From Eledone cirrhosa (Eukaryota): a DNA stretch of 64,000 bases. Location: assembly GCA_964016885.1 (NCBI GenBank), contig OZ024762.1, positions 14,942,001-15,006,000 of the forward strand, written 5' to 3'. The notes beneath the pieces are model-generated. The model did no database searches. It had not been told where the DNA came from and saw only the letters and a program-made list of their open reading frames with translations. Of the stretch, positions 1 to 11,560 are shown one piece after another. A program made the position numbers and the translations under genes. Within the stretch, counting starts at the first letter, position 1; each line of letters begins with the position of its first letter.

Positions 1-113
1 TTATCTGGCTTCGTTGGTGGAGCGACGTAAGACAGCGTGTATTAACACGGAGAAATTGGTGGTACCTTTATGTAACGTCGGCAAACTACTATCGGGACTC
101 CAAGGAAAACACA
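1..113 (+). CDS. TPR-repeat protein, internal exon (5' part outside window)
   Basis: Frame reads YLASLVERRK...PLCNVGKLLSGLQGKH. Donor a|gtgagt at 113/114 is phase 1 and joins the next exon as ..[20 protein letters not shown].., a kinesin-light-chain/NPHP3-style TPR pattern. Confidence 0.8.
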
Positions 114-380
114 GTGAGTTCACTAAACTCTTTCTAATGTATTTTCGATATCAAACATTAACTAACACACCATGGGACATCACATCCAGCTCTGTCGGTT
201 TATCTTGTAAGGTTTTTGTGTCATATATTTAGGGGGTCTTGGGAGAATCTCAGACCTGCCAACCTCTAAAAACCTATATATATATATATAAATATATATA
301 TATATAAATATAGAAACGGTATATATTTTATCTAATGATTCTAAAGACATGATTTATGATATATATATATATATATATAC

Positions 381-517
381 GTTATTCCGGGTTGAGTCGG
401 AGGTAACCACAGTAAGTAAGGTACTCAATACATTGCAGAGTATAAAAGTTTTAATATAGATGAGATTCCTGAGATCTCTGATTCCTGATGATTTCTAAAG
501 AATGAAACAGTTCTAGT

Positions 518-520
<3 letters not shown>
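381..520. mobile_element. (TA)n-embedded hammerhead-bearing fragment (family A), inverted structure
   Basis: CTGATGA(485-491)-tttctaaagaat-GAAAcagttctagtcct, truncated by the TA tract. Left part is the reverse complement of the tail seen at 36890-36960. Confidence 0.6.
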
Positions 521-579
<59 letters not shown>

Positions 580-737
580 GATAACAAGTTTTGATGAGAG
601 ACACACACTGTATTTAAGGTCGAGTGACACAATTTCGAGTGATTAACAGCCTTTAGACTCACCTGATCAATGAAACAATTGTTAATACTGTAAATAAAAC
701 CCTTTTTGTACAGCCGACCATGTTATTCTTTACTCTT

Positions 738-797
<60 letters not shown>

Positions 798-802
<5 letters not shown>

Positions 803-1235
803 ACGAGTAGGACCCGACGGCTGAGCTCAAGCCGTTTCGACGGCTAATTCTGGACCAGAATTCTGGTCCAGAATTAGCCGTCGAAACGGCTTGAGCTCAG
901 CCGTTGGGGTCCTACTCGTTCCTATTACCCACTCTACTACCCTAAGTATTGAGTACTTTGGTGCGTTATGGTCCACCTGGTTCCTTACCACATTTGCAAC
1001 CACAGAATTACTACTGATTTTTGACAATCACTTTGACCATATATGGAATTACCCCTTGAGAAGATCGGCTATTTAAATACCAGGATAAATTTTCATTTAG
1101 TCCAGAATTAGCCGTCGAAACGGCTTGAGCTCAGCTGTCGGGGTCTTACTGGTTCCTATTACCCACTCTACTACCTCAAGTATTGAGTACTTTGGTGCGT
1201 TATGGTCCACCTGGTTCCTTACCACATTTCCTTCG

Positions 1236-1237
<2 letters not shown>
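798..1237 (+). mobile_element. Hammerhead-bearing element family B: fold-back copy plus tandem second copy
   Basis: Near-perfect palindrome at ~800-921 centred on gaccagaattctggtc. Tail repeated directly at 1100-1230. Flanked by (TA)n. Confidence 0.75.
1051..1144 (+). ncRNA. Type I hammerhead ribozyme fold with U3-A8 core variant
   Basis: Stem I acccc/ggggt; core TTGAGAA; stem II gatcggcta/tagccgtc; GAAA; stem III Acggct/agctgT; GUC triplet at 1137-1139. Confidence 0.6.
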
Positions 1238-1295
<58 letters not shown>

Positions 1296-1297
<2 letters not shown>

Positions 1298-1487
1298 AAC
1301 CTACCAGCTTCTAAAAACCCAAACGGGGAGTACCATGAAAAAAAAGTGCCCCATTACGGGGAGAAATGAGGCAAAATGGGGAGATTTTACATAATGAAAG
1401 TTATACGTATTTTCACAAGAGAAGACATCTCTCACCCACCTCAATGTGGGTGGGAGATCTCCCCGTCGGGGAGAGTTGACAGGTCTG
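1296..1487. mobile_element. MITE with CAGACCTG(T/C)CAAC termini (hAT-like ends)
   Basis: caaacctaccagc...gttgacaggtctg. Inverted homologue at 26638-26794 and a lone end at 251-275. Confidence 0.6.
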
Positions 1488-1651
1488 TTGTCTTACTTTT
1501 TGTGTCACATATTTAAGAGATCTAGGGACAATCTGTGTGTGTTTGTATGAATACAAACTGAGTATAAAATCGGAATATATATATATATGTATAAATCGGA
1601 ATATATATATATATATATATATGTATATAATAACTTTTTCATTACCATTAT

Positions 1652-1897
1652 AAGGAGTCTGACGAGTCGCGGATTACAGATTCGGGCTAGATCGATACAG
1701 ATCGAACCTTGAGCTGAGCAGTGGCGAAACGCGCGTCACCAACCAATAAACGTAATGAAGGAGTAACCAATCGTCCTTGTTATCTTATTTCACTATAATA
1801 CACTCTGTCTAGCTCTACACCTCGACACTGAAGTGAACCTAAACACCGAGTGCTCACCCAGGTGAACCTACAGTAACTCCAAGTTACACTCCCTGGA
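1652..1897 (+). mobile_element. Hammerhead-bearing element family C in (TA)n
   Basis: CTGACGA 1659-1665, long stem II closed by gtcgc/gtggc, GAAA-cgcgc-GTC (palindromic stem III ACGCGCGT), then AATAAA. Homologous copy on the minus strand at 48511-48744. Confidence 0.75.
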
Positions 1898-1900
1898 TAT

Positions 1901-1935
<35 letters not shown>

Positions 1936-1994
1936 GATATCATATATATATATATATATATATCATATATATATATAAATATATAAATGTATAG

Positions 1995-2112
1995 TGACAA
2001 AAGGAAGTTAGATTTGCAGCTCGTTATGAAACTTTATTGCATATTCCAACTATTTCGATATCGGATCCCGACTCTTGATCGACATCTCGTCAGATATGCG
2101 AGTTACATGGGT
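1995..2112 (-). mobile_element. Hammerhead-bearing fragment family D
   Basis: Minus strand: gcatat-CTGACGA-gatgtcg..cgatatc-GAAA-tagttgga-atatgc (stem III degenerate). Relative at 14660-14765 keeps GAAACAATTGTA. Confidence 0.6.
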
Positions 2113-2245
<133 letters not shown>

Positions 2246-2263
2246 TCTCTCTCTCTCTCTCTC

Positions 2264-2309
<46 letters not shown>

Positions 2310-2404
2310 GTGGACCACCCATTTGATTCCCTTCTTTTCCGTTCGTTCATGTCAACCCCACCCCTGGTATCTTCTAATTCTGTATCTTTTACATTGATCT
2401 CCAG

Positions 2405-2516
2405 CTGCTGCCCTCCGTTTGTTAAACGAGGCTCAGACAATCAGGAGGTCTTATGGTCGGTTACACCCGAATACATCACTGGTACTGAAGTATATCTCAG
2501 AGGTTTATAAAAGACA
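2405..2516 (+). CDS. TPR-repeat protein, internal exon (not in ORF track)
   Basis: Pyrimidine-rich acceptor ..gatctccag| and donor ca|gtgagt. Reads [37 protein letters not shown] (G-x-x-H-P-x-T TPR linker). Phase 1 in and phase 2 out fit both neighbours. Confidence 0.85.
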
Positions 2517-2779
2517 GTGAGTACCGGCTATTTCATACATATACACTCTCTCTCTCTCACACATTATCTATCTCACACACACACACACGCACACGCACTC
2601 TCTATCTCTCTCACACATTCTCTATCTCACACACACACATGCACACACACTCTCTATCTCTCCCTCACACATACACGCACACATTCTCTATCTCACACGC
2701 ATACATACACACTCTCTCTATCTCTCGCACACATACACACACATACATGTACGCATCAGACATAACATAAAAATCAAAA

Positions 2780-3362
2780 CTATACTATACCATACCATAC
2801 TATAACATACTATACCATACCATACCACACCACCCCATACCATACCATACCATACCATACCACACCATACCATACCCTACCACACCACCCCATACCATAT
2901 CCTACCACACCATACTATACCATGCTATAACATACCATACCACACCATACCATACTATAACATACCCTACCTCACCACCCCGTACCATACCACACCATAC
3001 CATACTATAACATACCCTACCACACCACCTCATACCATACCACATACCACACCACCCCATACCCTACCACACCACCCCATACCATACCACACCATACCCT
3101 ACTATACCATACCACACCACACCACCCCATACCATACCACACCATACTATACCACACCATACTCTACCACACCACTCTATACTCCACAATACCATACCCT
3201 ACCATACCATACTATACCATACTATACTATATCATACCATACCATACTATACCTCACCATACCACACCACACCGTACCACACCACACTACACCATACCAC
3301 ACCACACTATACCATACCACACCACACTATACCATACCATACCACACCACACCCTACCATAC
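2780..3362. repeat. Degenerate pentanucleotide repeat (CCATA/CCACA/CTATA)n
   Basis: Direct reading; intronic. Confidence 0.95.
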
Positions 3363-3430
3363 GCCAACTCCGTTAACCCCCCCCCCCCCCAGCCTATACA
3401 CTTACTCATATAATACTCTGTATTTGACAG

Positions 3431-3692
3431 GCAGTTGATAGAAGAATCTATACCGCCATTGCTGGAGGCTTTAGACATATATCACCACATCAACGCTGAT
3501 ATCCATCTCATCACGTCCCTGTATTCCGATATTGCACATTGCTACCTCCTCATCAACAAACAACGACACGCCATTGTGTTTTTCCAGAACATTCTCACTA
3601 TAAAGAACCAGATATTGGCCGTGAAGCCGGATAATACGCATATAGCGTCATCTCTCGAACATATTGTCAGGCTGAGCACGGAGACACAGGAG
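3431..3692 (+). CDS. TPR-repeat protein, internal exon
   Basis: Acceptor tttgacag| and donor gag|gtaaga. Reads QLIEESIPPLLEALDIYHH...YSDIAHCY...AIVFFQNILTIKNQI...HIASSLEHI. Phase 2 in, phase 0 out. Confidence 0.85.
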
Positions 3693-3697
3693 GTAAG

Positions 3698-4450
3698 AAG
3701 CAAAATATATACATGTTTAGGGCCTCCAGGGTAGAAGGGGCATTGGCAGTAACGGTAGAGGGTCAGACGCCATGCTTTGCAGCAAAGAGTTACGGCCCTT
3801 TGAAGCAAAATATATACATGTTTAGGGCCTCTAGGGTAGAAGGGGCATTGGCAGTAACGGTAGAGGGTCAGACGCCATGCTTTGCAGCAAAGAGTTACGG
3901 CCCTTTGAAGCAAAATATATACATGTTTAGGGCCTCTAGGGTAGAAGGGGCATTGGCAGTAACGGTAGAGGGTCAGACGCCATGCTTTGCAGCAAAGAGT
4001 TACGGCCCTTTGAAGCAAAATATATACATGTTTAGGGCCTCAAGGGTAGAAACTGGTATTGGCAGTAACGGTAGAGGGTCAGACGCCATGCTTTGCAGCA
4101 AAGAGTTACGGCCCTTTGAAGCAAAATATATACATGTTTAGGGCCTCTAGGGTAGAAGGGGCATTGGCAGTAACGGTAGAGGGTCAGACGCCATGCTTTG
4201 CAGCAAAGAGTTACGGCCCTTTGAAGCAAAATATATACATGTTTAGGGCCTCTAGGGTAGAAGGGGCTTTGGCAGTAACGGTAGAGGGTCAGACGCCATG
4301 CTTTGCAGCAAAGAGTTATGGCCCTTTATGGTCTGAGTTCAAATCCCGCCGAGGTTAACTTTGCCTTTCATACTTGCGGGGTCGATAAAATAAAGTACCA
4401 GTAATACACTGAGATAATTGCTGGCCTTGTGCCAAAAGTAGAAAAAATTA
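3698..4450 (+). repeat. Six 105-bp tandem units containing a SINE head, the last running on into the SINE body
   Basis: aagcaaaatatatacatg recurs at 3698, 3803, 3908, 4013, 4119 and 4224. The unit contains ttggcagtaacggtagagggtcagacgccatgctttgcagc. Confidence 0.9.
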
Positions 4451-4823
4451 TATTATATTTACGTAAAAGACTTTCATATTAGAGCGTCAGACGCCATGCT
4501 TTGCAGTATAGAGTTATGGCTCTTTATGTTCTTTCATCCTTACGGGGTCGATAAAATAAAGCACCAGTAATGCACTGGGGTCAATTTAATCGGCTTTCAC
4601 CTCTCCTTCAAATTGCTGGCCTTGTGTCTAAAGTAGAAATCATTGCCTTTCGCTTGGACAATACCGGTGACGTGGAGAAGGGAGACAGGAATACAGGGGC
4701 GACTACTGGTCTTCTACAAACAACCTTGCCCGGACTTGTGCCTCGGAAGGGAACTTTCTAGGTGCAAATGCCATGGTCATTGGTGACCTAAGGGGGTCTT
4801 TACTTTTGTTAAAGTATGATTAT

Positions 4824-4948
4824 ATGAATGAGTCAGAACCCCAACGACTGAGCTCTTGCCGTTTCAACAGCTAGTTATAGACAAGCGTCTGGATCTAGTT
4901 GTTGAAACAGCAGGAGCTCAGCCGTTGGGGTCTTGACTCATTCATATA
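4824..4948. mobile_element. Family B fold-back fragment
   Basis: atgaatgagtca..ccgtttcaacagctag / ctagttgttgaaacagc..gactcattcat inverted arms. Similar copies at 5165-5345, 13950-14070, 44875-45043 and 51195-51372. Confidence 0.7.
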
Positions 4949-5344
4949 TATATATCACATAAGAAACCGAGAATCAGTGGTGCTACGAGTAAGATTTATT
5001 AGACATATTACAATCTTTTCTCTGGCGACCAGCTCGAGGCACGATCGGTGAGATGATCGAACCCGACTCTGAAAATCGCAAGATCCTCGTATAAGTCTCA
5101 ATTCTACGAAGTATACCGCTTTCGGACGCTTTAAGCATCCCACACCAATTATATATATATATATAGAAAAAGCATGACCCCGACGGCAGAGCTCAAGCCC
5201 TTTCTGGACGCCAGAAATAGCCGTCGAAACGGCTTGAGCTCTGCCGTCGGGGTCATACTTTCTTCTATTTCCCACTCTACTACCCTAAGTATTGAGTACT
5301 CTGGTGCGTTATGGTCCATCTGGTTCCTTACCACAATTCCTTTG

Positions 5345-5385
<41 letters not shown>

Positions 5386-5393
<8 letters not shown>

Positions 5394-5700
5394 TTGCAAG
5401 GTTTTTGATATGAAATCGTGTGTCGAAACAAATATTGTTATACTTGGAGAGGGTCATATTGTTGTAATAATATTGCCAGAAATAATAACAGAACACATTC
5501 ACTGTTTGATTGGTTTTCGCCTCTGTATCTTTTATATCTCCATAGTTAATTTATTTGGCAATCAATGTTTATCATTGATTGACCAACGGTTAAAATACAG
5601 ATGTAAATATATATATATATAGTCTATCAAAGTTCTTTCGTCGCACATCTGCAACATCATCAGTGGTACTATTATGTTCCCTCCTATTGTAATGTCTACG
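5386..5700 (-). mobile_element. Hammerhead-bearing element family E
   Basis: Minus strand 5625-5668: CTGATGA-t-gttgca-gatg-tgcgac-GAAAgaactt-tga. Downstream part is homologous to 54810-54890. Confidence 0.7.
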
Positions 5701-5819
5701 ACATTTTTATTTACTTTATTTATTTCTAAAAAATTTCAAATAAATATTCCAAATAAATAAAGTAAATAAAAATCTCCACCCCCATATTGTTGTCCTTGTG
5801 TTGTGCCATTATATGTCAG

Positions 5820-6002
5820 AATTGGCAGTATCGATAGAGAGTCGGACGCCTTGCTTTGACGCATAGAGTTACAGCCCTTGCCATTCTGAGTTCAAATCCC
5901 ACCGAGGTTAACTTTGCTTTCATCCTTACGGGGTCGATAAAATAAAGTACCAGTAATGTACTGGGTAATTGCTGGCCTTGTGCCAAAAAAGTAGAAACAA
6001 TT
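5820..6002 (+). mobile_element. tRNA-derived SINE family 1 (ttggcagtatcggtagag...gagttcaaatccc...ggggtcgataaaataaagtaccag)
   Basis: A-box and B-box-like motifs. Further copies near 4480-4640, 25608-25870(-), 26330-26530(-), 26970-27105(-), 30570-30655(-), 34120-34300, 39043-39230, 46850-46990(-) and 54523-54790. Confidence 0.85.
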
Positions 6003-6055
6003 ATATGTCAGAAATAATTATAATTATTCTCTTTTCCTATCCGATCCAATTCCAG

Positions 6056-6343
6056 ATCCAGAAATATTACGTAGAAGATCTTTTGGATGAATTAAAAAGA
6101 CTTTCACAGCTTCCAGATCTGAGACGTACACAGAAGACGAAATATTTGACCCAGATTGGAAACTACTCTTATTCACTGTTACTCATGGAAAACCGGATCT
6201 CCATGCAGGCAAATCAATCAGGTTTATCGATAGAATCGGTTCCTGGAATTTGTTCCCATTGTCAACAGTACATGAAAATTGGGCAGTGTTCGAAGCCAGC
6301 TTATCTCAAAATGGTGTGTTGTTTGTCTAACGGGGTTAATTAA
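6056..6343 (+). CDS. Probable terminal coding exon of the TPR gene
   Basis: Acceptor ctcttttcctatccgatccaattccag| in phase 0. Reads IQKYYVEDLLDELKRLSQLPDLRR... to TAA at 6341-6343. An earlier donor near 6208-6222 cannot be excluded. Confidence 0.6.
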   Translation: MQKYYVEDLLDELKRLSQLPDLRRTQKTKYLTQIGNYSYSLLLMENRISMQANQSGLSIESVPGICSHCQQYMKIGQCSKPAYLKMVCCLSNGVN

Positions 6344-6515
6344 TGATGTTGTTGTTGTTGTTGTTATTGTTGCTGGTGGTGGTGATGACTGAAAATTGAG
6401 TGTATCTACATACATACATGCATACATACATACATACATACATACATACATACATACATACATACATACACACATACACACATACACATACACACATACG
6501 TACGTACATACATAC

Positions 6516-6900
6516 ATGTTCTGTTGTGGAGATCAGCTGCCCACTTGATGTAAACGTTGTCAGAAAAATACAGGAGAAGGAGGACATCTACGGACCATTG
6601 ATGAGGAGTTTACAAATCCAGTATCCAAGACACACCTTTAGCTTCATACCCATCATTATTGGAGCTACGGGTTATATACCAACCCGCTTGAACTAAAGTA
6701 TGACTGAACTTGGATTTGCGGACAAAGAGCGCAGCTCCCTAATTCATAGTCTACAAATGGCTGCGATAGCGGGCACCTTCAAAATTTGCAAAACATTCTT
6801 ACGATTCAAGGGATGACAATTTCTTTTCTTTTACAACCTTGCCACCAGGAAGGTGGCCGGTCAAAAATATATACTCGAAATTAAGAGAAAGAGATAAACA
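6516..6900 (+). mobile_element. 3' fragment of a restriction-like-endonuclease (RLE) non-LTR retrotransposon in (TACA)n
   Basis: VVEISCP..KIQEKEDIY..FIPIIIGATGYIP..(stop)..LQMAAIAGTFKICKTFL matches the C-terminal RLE motifs of R4/Dong/NeSL-type elements. Confidence 0.75.
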
Positions 6901-7088
6901 TACACATTCACACATACAATAACATCCATACCTGCACACACATGCATGCCTATAGACATACATATCTACCTAGTTGATGCTGTGTAAATTCCAATGAAAG
7001 TGTCTTGTGTCTGTAAGAAACCGACTCTCTCTCTATTGGCAACAATTTGAGAAATTATAAAATCAGAAGAACATACATATACATACAC

Positions 7089-7119
<31 letters not shown>

Positions 7120-7192
7120 CATGTATACGTACGTACATACATACATACATACATACATACATACATACATACATACATACATACATACATAC

Positions 7193-7612
7193 ATGGTGGC
7201 TGCCAACTCGTTTTCGAGTACGGCGACTACTTTATATCCATGTAGGAGAACCCCTACCGATGCGCTGAATGAGTGTGACTTTTTAGTCCAGCCAGCGACT
7301 TGAAGACTCTGGTACAAAGACTACACTTGTGACAATTATTGACACATAGTGCTGGGCCCATGGTACCATGTGACGACAAGTGCAGAGAGATCTCCAGATA
7401 CAAAGCAATGCCTGTGCCGTGAAGCTTTTATAGTGAGCAAAGGCTCTGCACAAAGCCAGTCCCATTCTCTTAACCAAGATGATATTTACCAAAAAGAAGA
7501 ACAAGTCAACATCATTGGATACCATCAGAGTTGCAGGTGTTATATCAGAGTTTTCCTTCTCCTAGAATTCTGCCTTGACAAAGGCTAAGGGGTCATCTCT
7601 CCCGGAGATAAT
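7193..7612 (-). mobile_element. Probable RTE-type LINE 5'-region fragment; diverged relative at 7848-8170
   Basis: Minus strand has aggc..ctaggagaaggaaaactctga, a motif I recall from RTE 5' UTRs. The two blocks align (catcattggat..gcagg..ttatatcagagtt..ccttc..ctag). Confidence 0.45.
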
Positions 7613-7699
7613 CATACATACATACATACATACATACATACATACGTACATACATACATACATACATACATACATACATACATACATACATACATACAT

Positions 7700-7734
<35 letters not shown>

Positions 7735-8634
7735 TACACACACACACACACACACATACATACATACATACATACATACACACACATACATACATACATA
7801 CATACATACATACATACATACATACATACATACGTACATACATACACGATGATGGCTGCAACTTTCAAGTAATGCCATCACTTGATACTTAAGCATGGGC
7901 ATCACAGACGTGGCTTTTTAGTCCTGCTAGGGACTTGCATATGGCCAGCAATACGATGCATCGAAAAAAAAAAACGTCACATATCAAGTGATGCCAGTGC
8001 TTGAAGCTATTTTACGTGAGGAAGGGCTTTGCACGGGGCCAATCCCACTCTCTGAAAATCGAATACACTTGGCCCAAAAGAACTGGTCTACATCATTGGA
8101 TGCAAACGAAGTCGCAGGTTTTATATCAGAGTTACCTTCCCCTAGAGAGATGTCTAGAAGTCGCTCGCTCCACAAAAATGATTTCTACTCTAGGCACAAG
8201 GCCAGCAATTTGGAGAGATGGGAAAGTCGATTAAATCGACCCCAGTGCATTAATGGTGCTTTATTTTATCGATACATAGATAAAATGAATGTGAGGTATT
8301 TATATGAGTGTAAGTCGTTAAAGCTTCTGGGAGAGTTACATTGTGATATGGGGTGTCGTCTTATCCCAGGGAAATATTATTTATCTGTACAGAAACCAGT
8401 TTTAAATAATAATGTTATGAACTCATAGAAAGCTTTATGAAATGAGGAGGTGGTGAGTTGTTTTAAGTTTGAATTTAACACAAAAAGGATCTGGGTTATT
8501 TTACTAACGATCTGAAATGAATAAAAACCATTAAATTTCTTGTTTTAATTAACTCCTGTTTTCTTTTTTAACTTTTCGCCACAGTTTCTATTTTATCTTA
8601 TAAAGCTGTTTTTATATAAATAAAAAAATCAGTT

Positions 8635-8720
8635 GCTCTCCGACAGGTTTGTGGTCGAGCCCTTGGCAGTGGAGATCTCTGGTGTCGTTAGTCATAGGGT
8701 CACCTTCCTGCTCAACCAAC
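8635..8720 (+). mobile_element. Small CRE-like RLE retrotransposon remnant
   Basis: LSDRFVVEPLAVEISGVV resembles the P-x-A-V-E-T-x-G motif of CRE-clade C-termini. Confidence 0.35.
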
Positions 8721-8797
8721 ACCATGTTTTAACTAATTCCAGTTTTCTCATTTAACTTTTCGTCACAGTAACTATTTAACTTTTACAAAGTTGTTTA

Positions 8798-8903
8798 TAC
8801 AGCGTGTCCCAAAGAAATGTATACATACTTCGATTATATGTACAGGCAATATTTATTAGAATGCTGTTGAAGTGTGCATATATTTTTGTGGGACATGCTG
8901 TAT
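8798..8903. mobile_element. ~105-bp Tc1/mariner-type MITE (TA|CAGGGTGTCCC...GGGACACCCTG|TA)
   Basis: TIRs plus TA flanks. Copies at 21489-21594, 24440-24650, 24700-24780, 25024-25127, 36472-36572 and 36663-36765. Confidence 0.8.
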
Positions 8904-8920
8904 ATGTATATGTGTGTGTA

Positions 8921-9126
8921 TGTGTGTAATCAACAATATAAGACTATTATTCCATTTACCAAAGGTTTCACGAAAACAGGTAAGCTGATCAGAGACGTCT
9001 CTGTTGAGCTCGTCTGACTTCGTGAAACTTTTGGTAAATGGAATAATTGTCTTATGTTGTTTATTACACAATTAAATAGCTATGTAGCATACATAGAGCA
9101 CTCTCCCTTCCTACGGAAATACTTCA
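8921..9126. mobile_element. Fold-back insert with tacatagagcactct tail
   Basis: ~50-bp inverted arms (8921-8972 / 9020-9070). Tail motif shared with 12188-12235 and 19890-19943. Confidence 0.55.
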
Positions 9127-9163
9127 TATATATATATATTGTAGTACAAACTTGAACGAGTTA

Positions 9164-9303
<140 letters not shown>

Positions 9304-9539
9304 ATTGAAATAAATCGATAGATAAATAATTAGAGATATAGAACGTTGAAAAAGGTATAACAAAATGGACGATCTGGCATTGCACAAACGACTATGATAC
9401 AAGGGAGATAACAATGAATTGATGGTGTTTTTTTTTACAAAGGGAGATAAATTTAGTGAACATAACACCCTTTCAATCGTGGATTTCTTTATGAGATCGC
9501 ATAATCTGCTAGAAATAGCAGCGAATACAAATTTCAAAC

Positions 9540-9790
9540 CACACCACCTATACTTTATTCCTATAGTTGCATCTCTTCCTTATCTCGTCTGTAACGGTCA
9601 TTATTTTGAGATCTGCTCTCATTTTTTCTGTCCAACTTTTCCTCGGTATTCCTCTTCTACATCTTCCTTCCATTTGGAATTCCTGGTAATTCTTCACCCA
9701 ACAATCCTCTTCCTCCGTGCGTATTGCATGTCTACACCAGCGCAGACTCTTGTCTTGCATATATTATATCTATTTCTTTCTTCAACACAA
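9540..9790 (-). mobile_element. Decayed RTE LINE 3' fragment
   Basis: LRWCRHAIRTEEEDCWVK..MEGRCRRGIPRKSW resembles the RTE C-terminus. Confidence 0.75.
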
Positions 9791-9859
9791 TCGTTCATAG
9801 TCACTAACATTACACAACCATATGTGTGTATTTATGTATAAGCACATAATCGTTGTGTA

Positions 9860-9924
<65 letters not shown>

Positions 9925-10343
9925 AAGGTTCTATGTAAATTGTTGGAATACAACAAGCAAATATTTTTATAACTGATCTAAAGCACTCAACAAATAATTG
10001 GAGTAAAAATACGATATTAACAAATGGAAACTATATTTATAAAACCATATTTACTTCATTATACATATTTCAAGGACACCAAGTTAAACTATGGTGTGCT
10101 TTCATCAGATAAAATATAATATAGAGCAGTTTTATAAATAAATATTGACATACCCTTAAAGAATGCAACCATTACTGTTGGAAGCTCCCGGATAGTAAGG
10201 GTATGTCAATATTTATTTATAAAACTGTTCTATATTATATTTTATCTGATGAAAGCACACCATAATTTAACTTGGTGCCCTTGAAATATGTATAATAAAA
10301 TAAATATGGTTTTATAAATATAGTTTCCATTTGTTAATATCGT
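9925..10343. mobile_element. Family F: ~155-bp inverted arms, each carrying a hammerhead
   Basis: Plus-strand fold 10240-10300: ttttat-CTGATGA-stem II-GAAA-tatgta-TA-ataaaa. Mirror copy in the left arm. Second locus at 19986-20467. Confidence 0.75.
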
Positions 10344-10381
10344 ATATATATATATATATATACACACACATATATATATAT

Positions 10382-10446
<65 letters not shown>

Positions 10447-10448
<2 letters not shown>

Positions 10449-10774
10449 GTAATCCCCCGGTATTTGCGGGGGTTACGTTCCTAAAGCACCCGCGAAGAGT
10501 GTAAAAACGCGAATATTGGACGAGGTCCATAAAATACCTATAAACGTGAAAATATAATAAGAAAAGAGGGAGCGTCTTATGCGAAGGCGCGTCCAATAGG
10601 CCGGCAAATACGGTATATTGTTATTAATAATTCAGCGCTAAAAATATTGCCACAAAAAAAAAACATTAAAAAAATCGCTTAAGTTATTTCCGATTCCGCG
10701 AATATGCGGTAGTTCCACGAACAATTATTAGTTAGGTTCTAAGAAAATTTCCGCGAATGTCGGGGGGTACACTG
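10447..10774. mobile_element. pogo/Tigger-like MITE
   Basis: cagtaatcccccggtatttgcgg ... ccgcgaatgtcggggggtacactg|ta imperfect TIRs. Confidence 0.65.
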
Positions 10775-10954
10775 TATATAGTTTGACAATTACAACTGAC
10801 GATTGCGCGAAAGTTTAACAGAAAGTTACCCAGGATTTAAAAAAAACAACTTACCACCGAAGTTAACGAAGGACTAATTATATCTACATAGCAAAAGTAT
10901 AAAATTATATTGCTATAGAATATCAACTACAAGTGATATCATTCGTTTCTTTTT

Positions 10955-11560
10955 TGCTGACTTGTGGGTTTATGTCGAACACCTGCTGTCACGTGTAGGA
11001 CGGATCCAGCTATCAGCTGAGTCCATCGTGAGGATTGCCACGCCCTCTTCCTTTAGCCGGGAAGGGCAGGCAGTTTTTATCTGTCTGGTGGCCATGGCGA
11101 AAGAGATAGTATGGTGGACACGTTTGAAAGGGCTGAAGACGAGCACTTACCTCTTCGGTGATGCCCTGATTAACTTTTTCAAATTTCATTTGAAAAGGAA
11201 AATCAGGGTAGAGAGGGAAGTGCTCTCTTCCCAGCATTTTGTTGAAAGATGGGTGAGAGAAGCAAGAATGGCCCGAGTGAATGGGCCTACTCTGAGTACG
11301 TATCTGTAAATTAAAGGTGGAAAACTGGGAGAGGGCACTTGCCTTTGTGGTCAGGGTCACTGTGGCCTTTTACTGGGCTTTCTCCACAAATGTCCCTCCG
11401 AATTCTCCCCCCTATTGGGGAATTTTTCATTGTTATTTTTTGTTACATCCTCTGTTTTTGTTCTTTACACGCAGAAATGCCCATTTGTACCGTCCTGTAT
11501 TGTCATGCACTGTCCTTAATGTCTACTTTATGTAAACCCTTGTGGTTAATAAAAAAATCA
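10955..11560 (+). mobile_element. 5'-truncated Tx1/L1-like LINE (ORF2 C-terminus plus 3' UTR)
   Basis: ..LVAMAKEIVWWTR..FFKFHLKRKIRVERE..FVERW; ends gtggttaataaaaaaa. Shorter relatives at 21874-22183, 57870-58280, 58335-58415 and 63900-64000. Confidence 0.7.

Noticed and set aside
660-700. ctgatcaatgaaacaattgtta as a hammerhead
   Set aside because: Palindromic stem III-like part is present but the core is altered and stem II is absent; at best a decayed relative.
3542-4358. Repetitive ORFs on both strands
   Set aside because: Products of the 105-bp SINE-derived tandem array.
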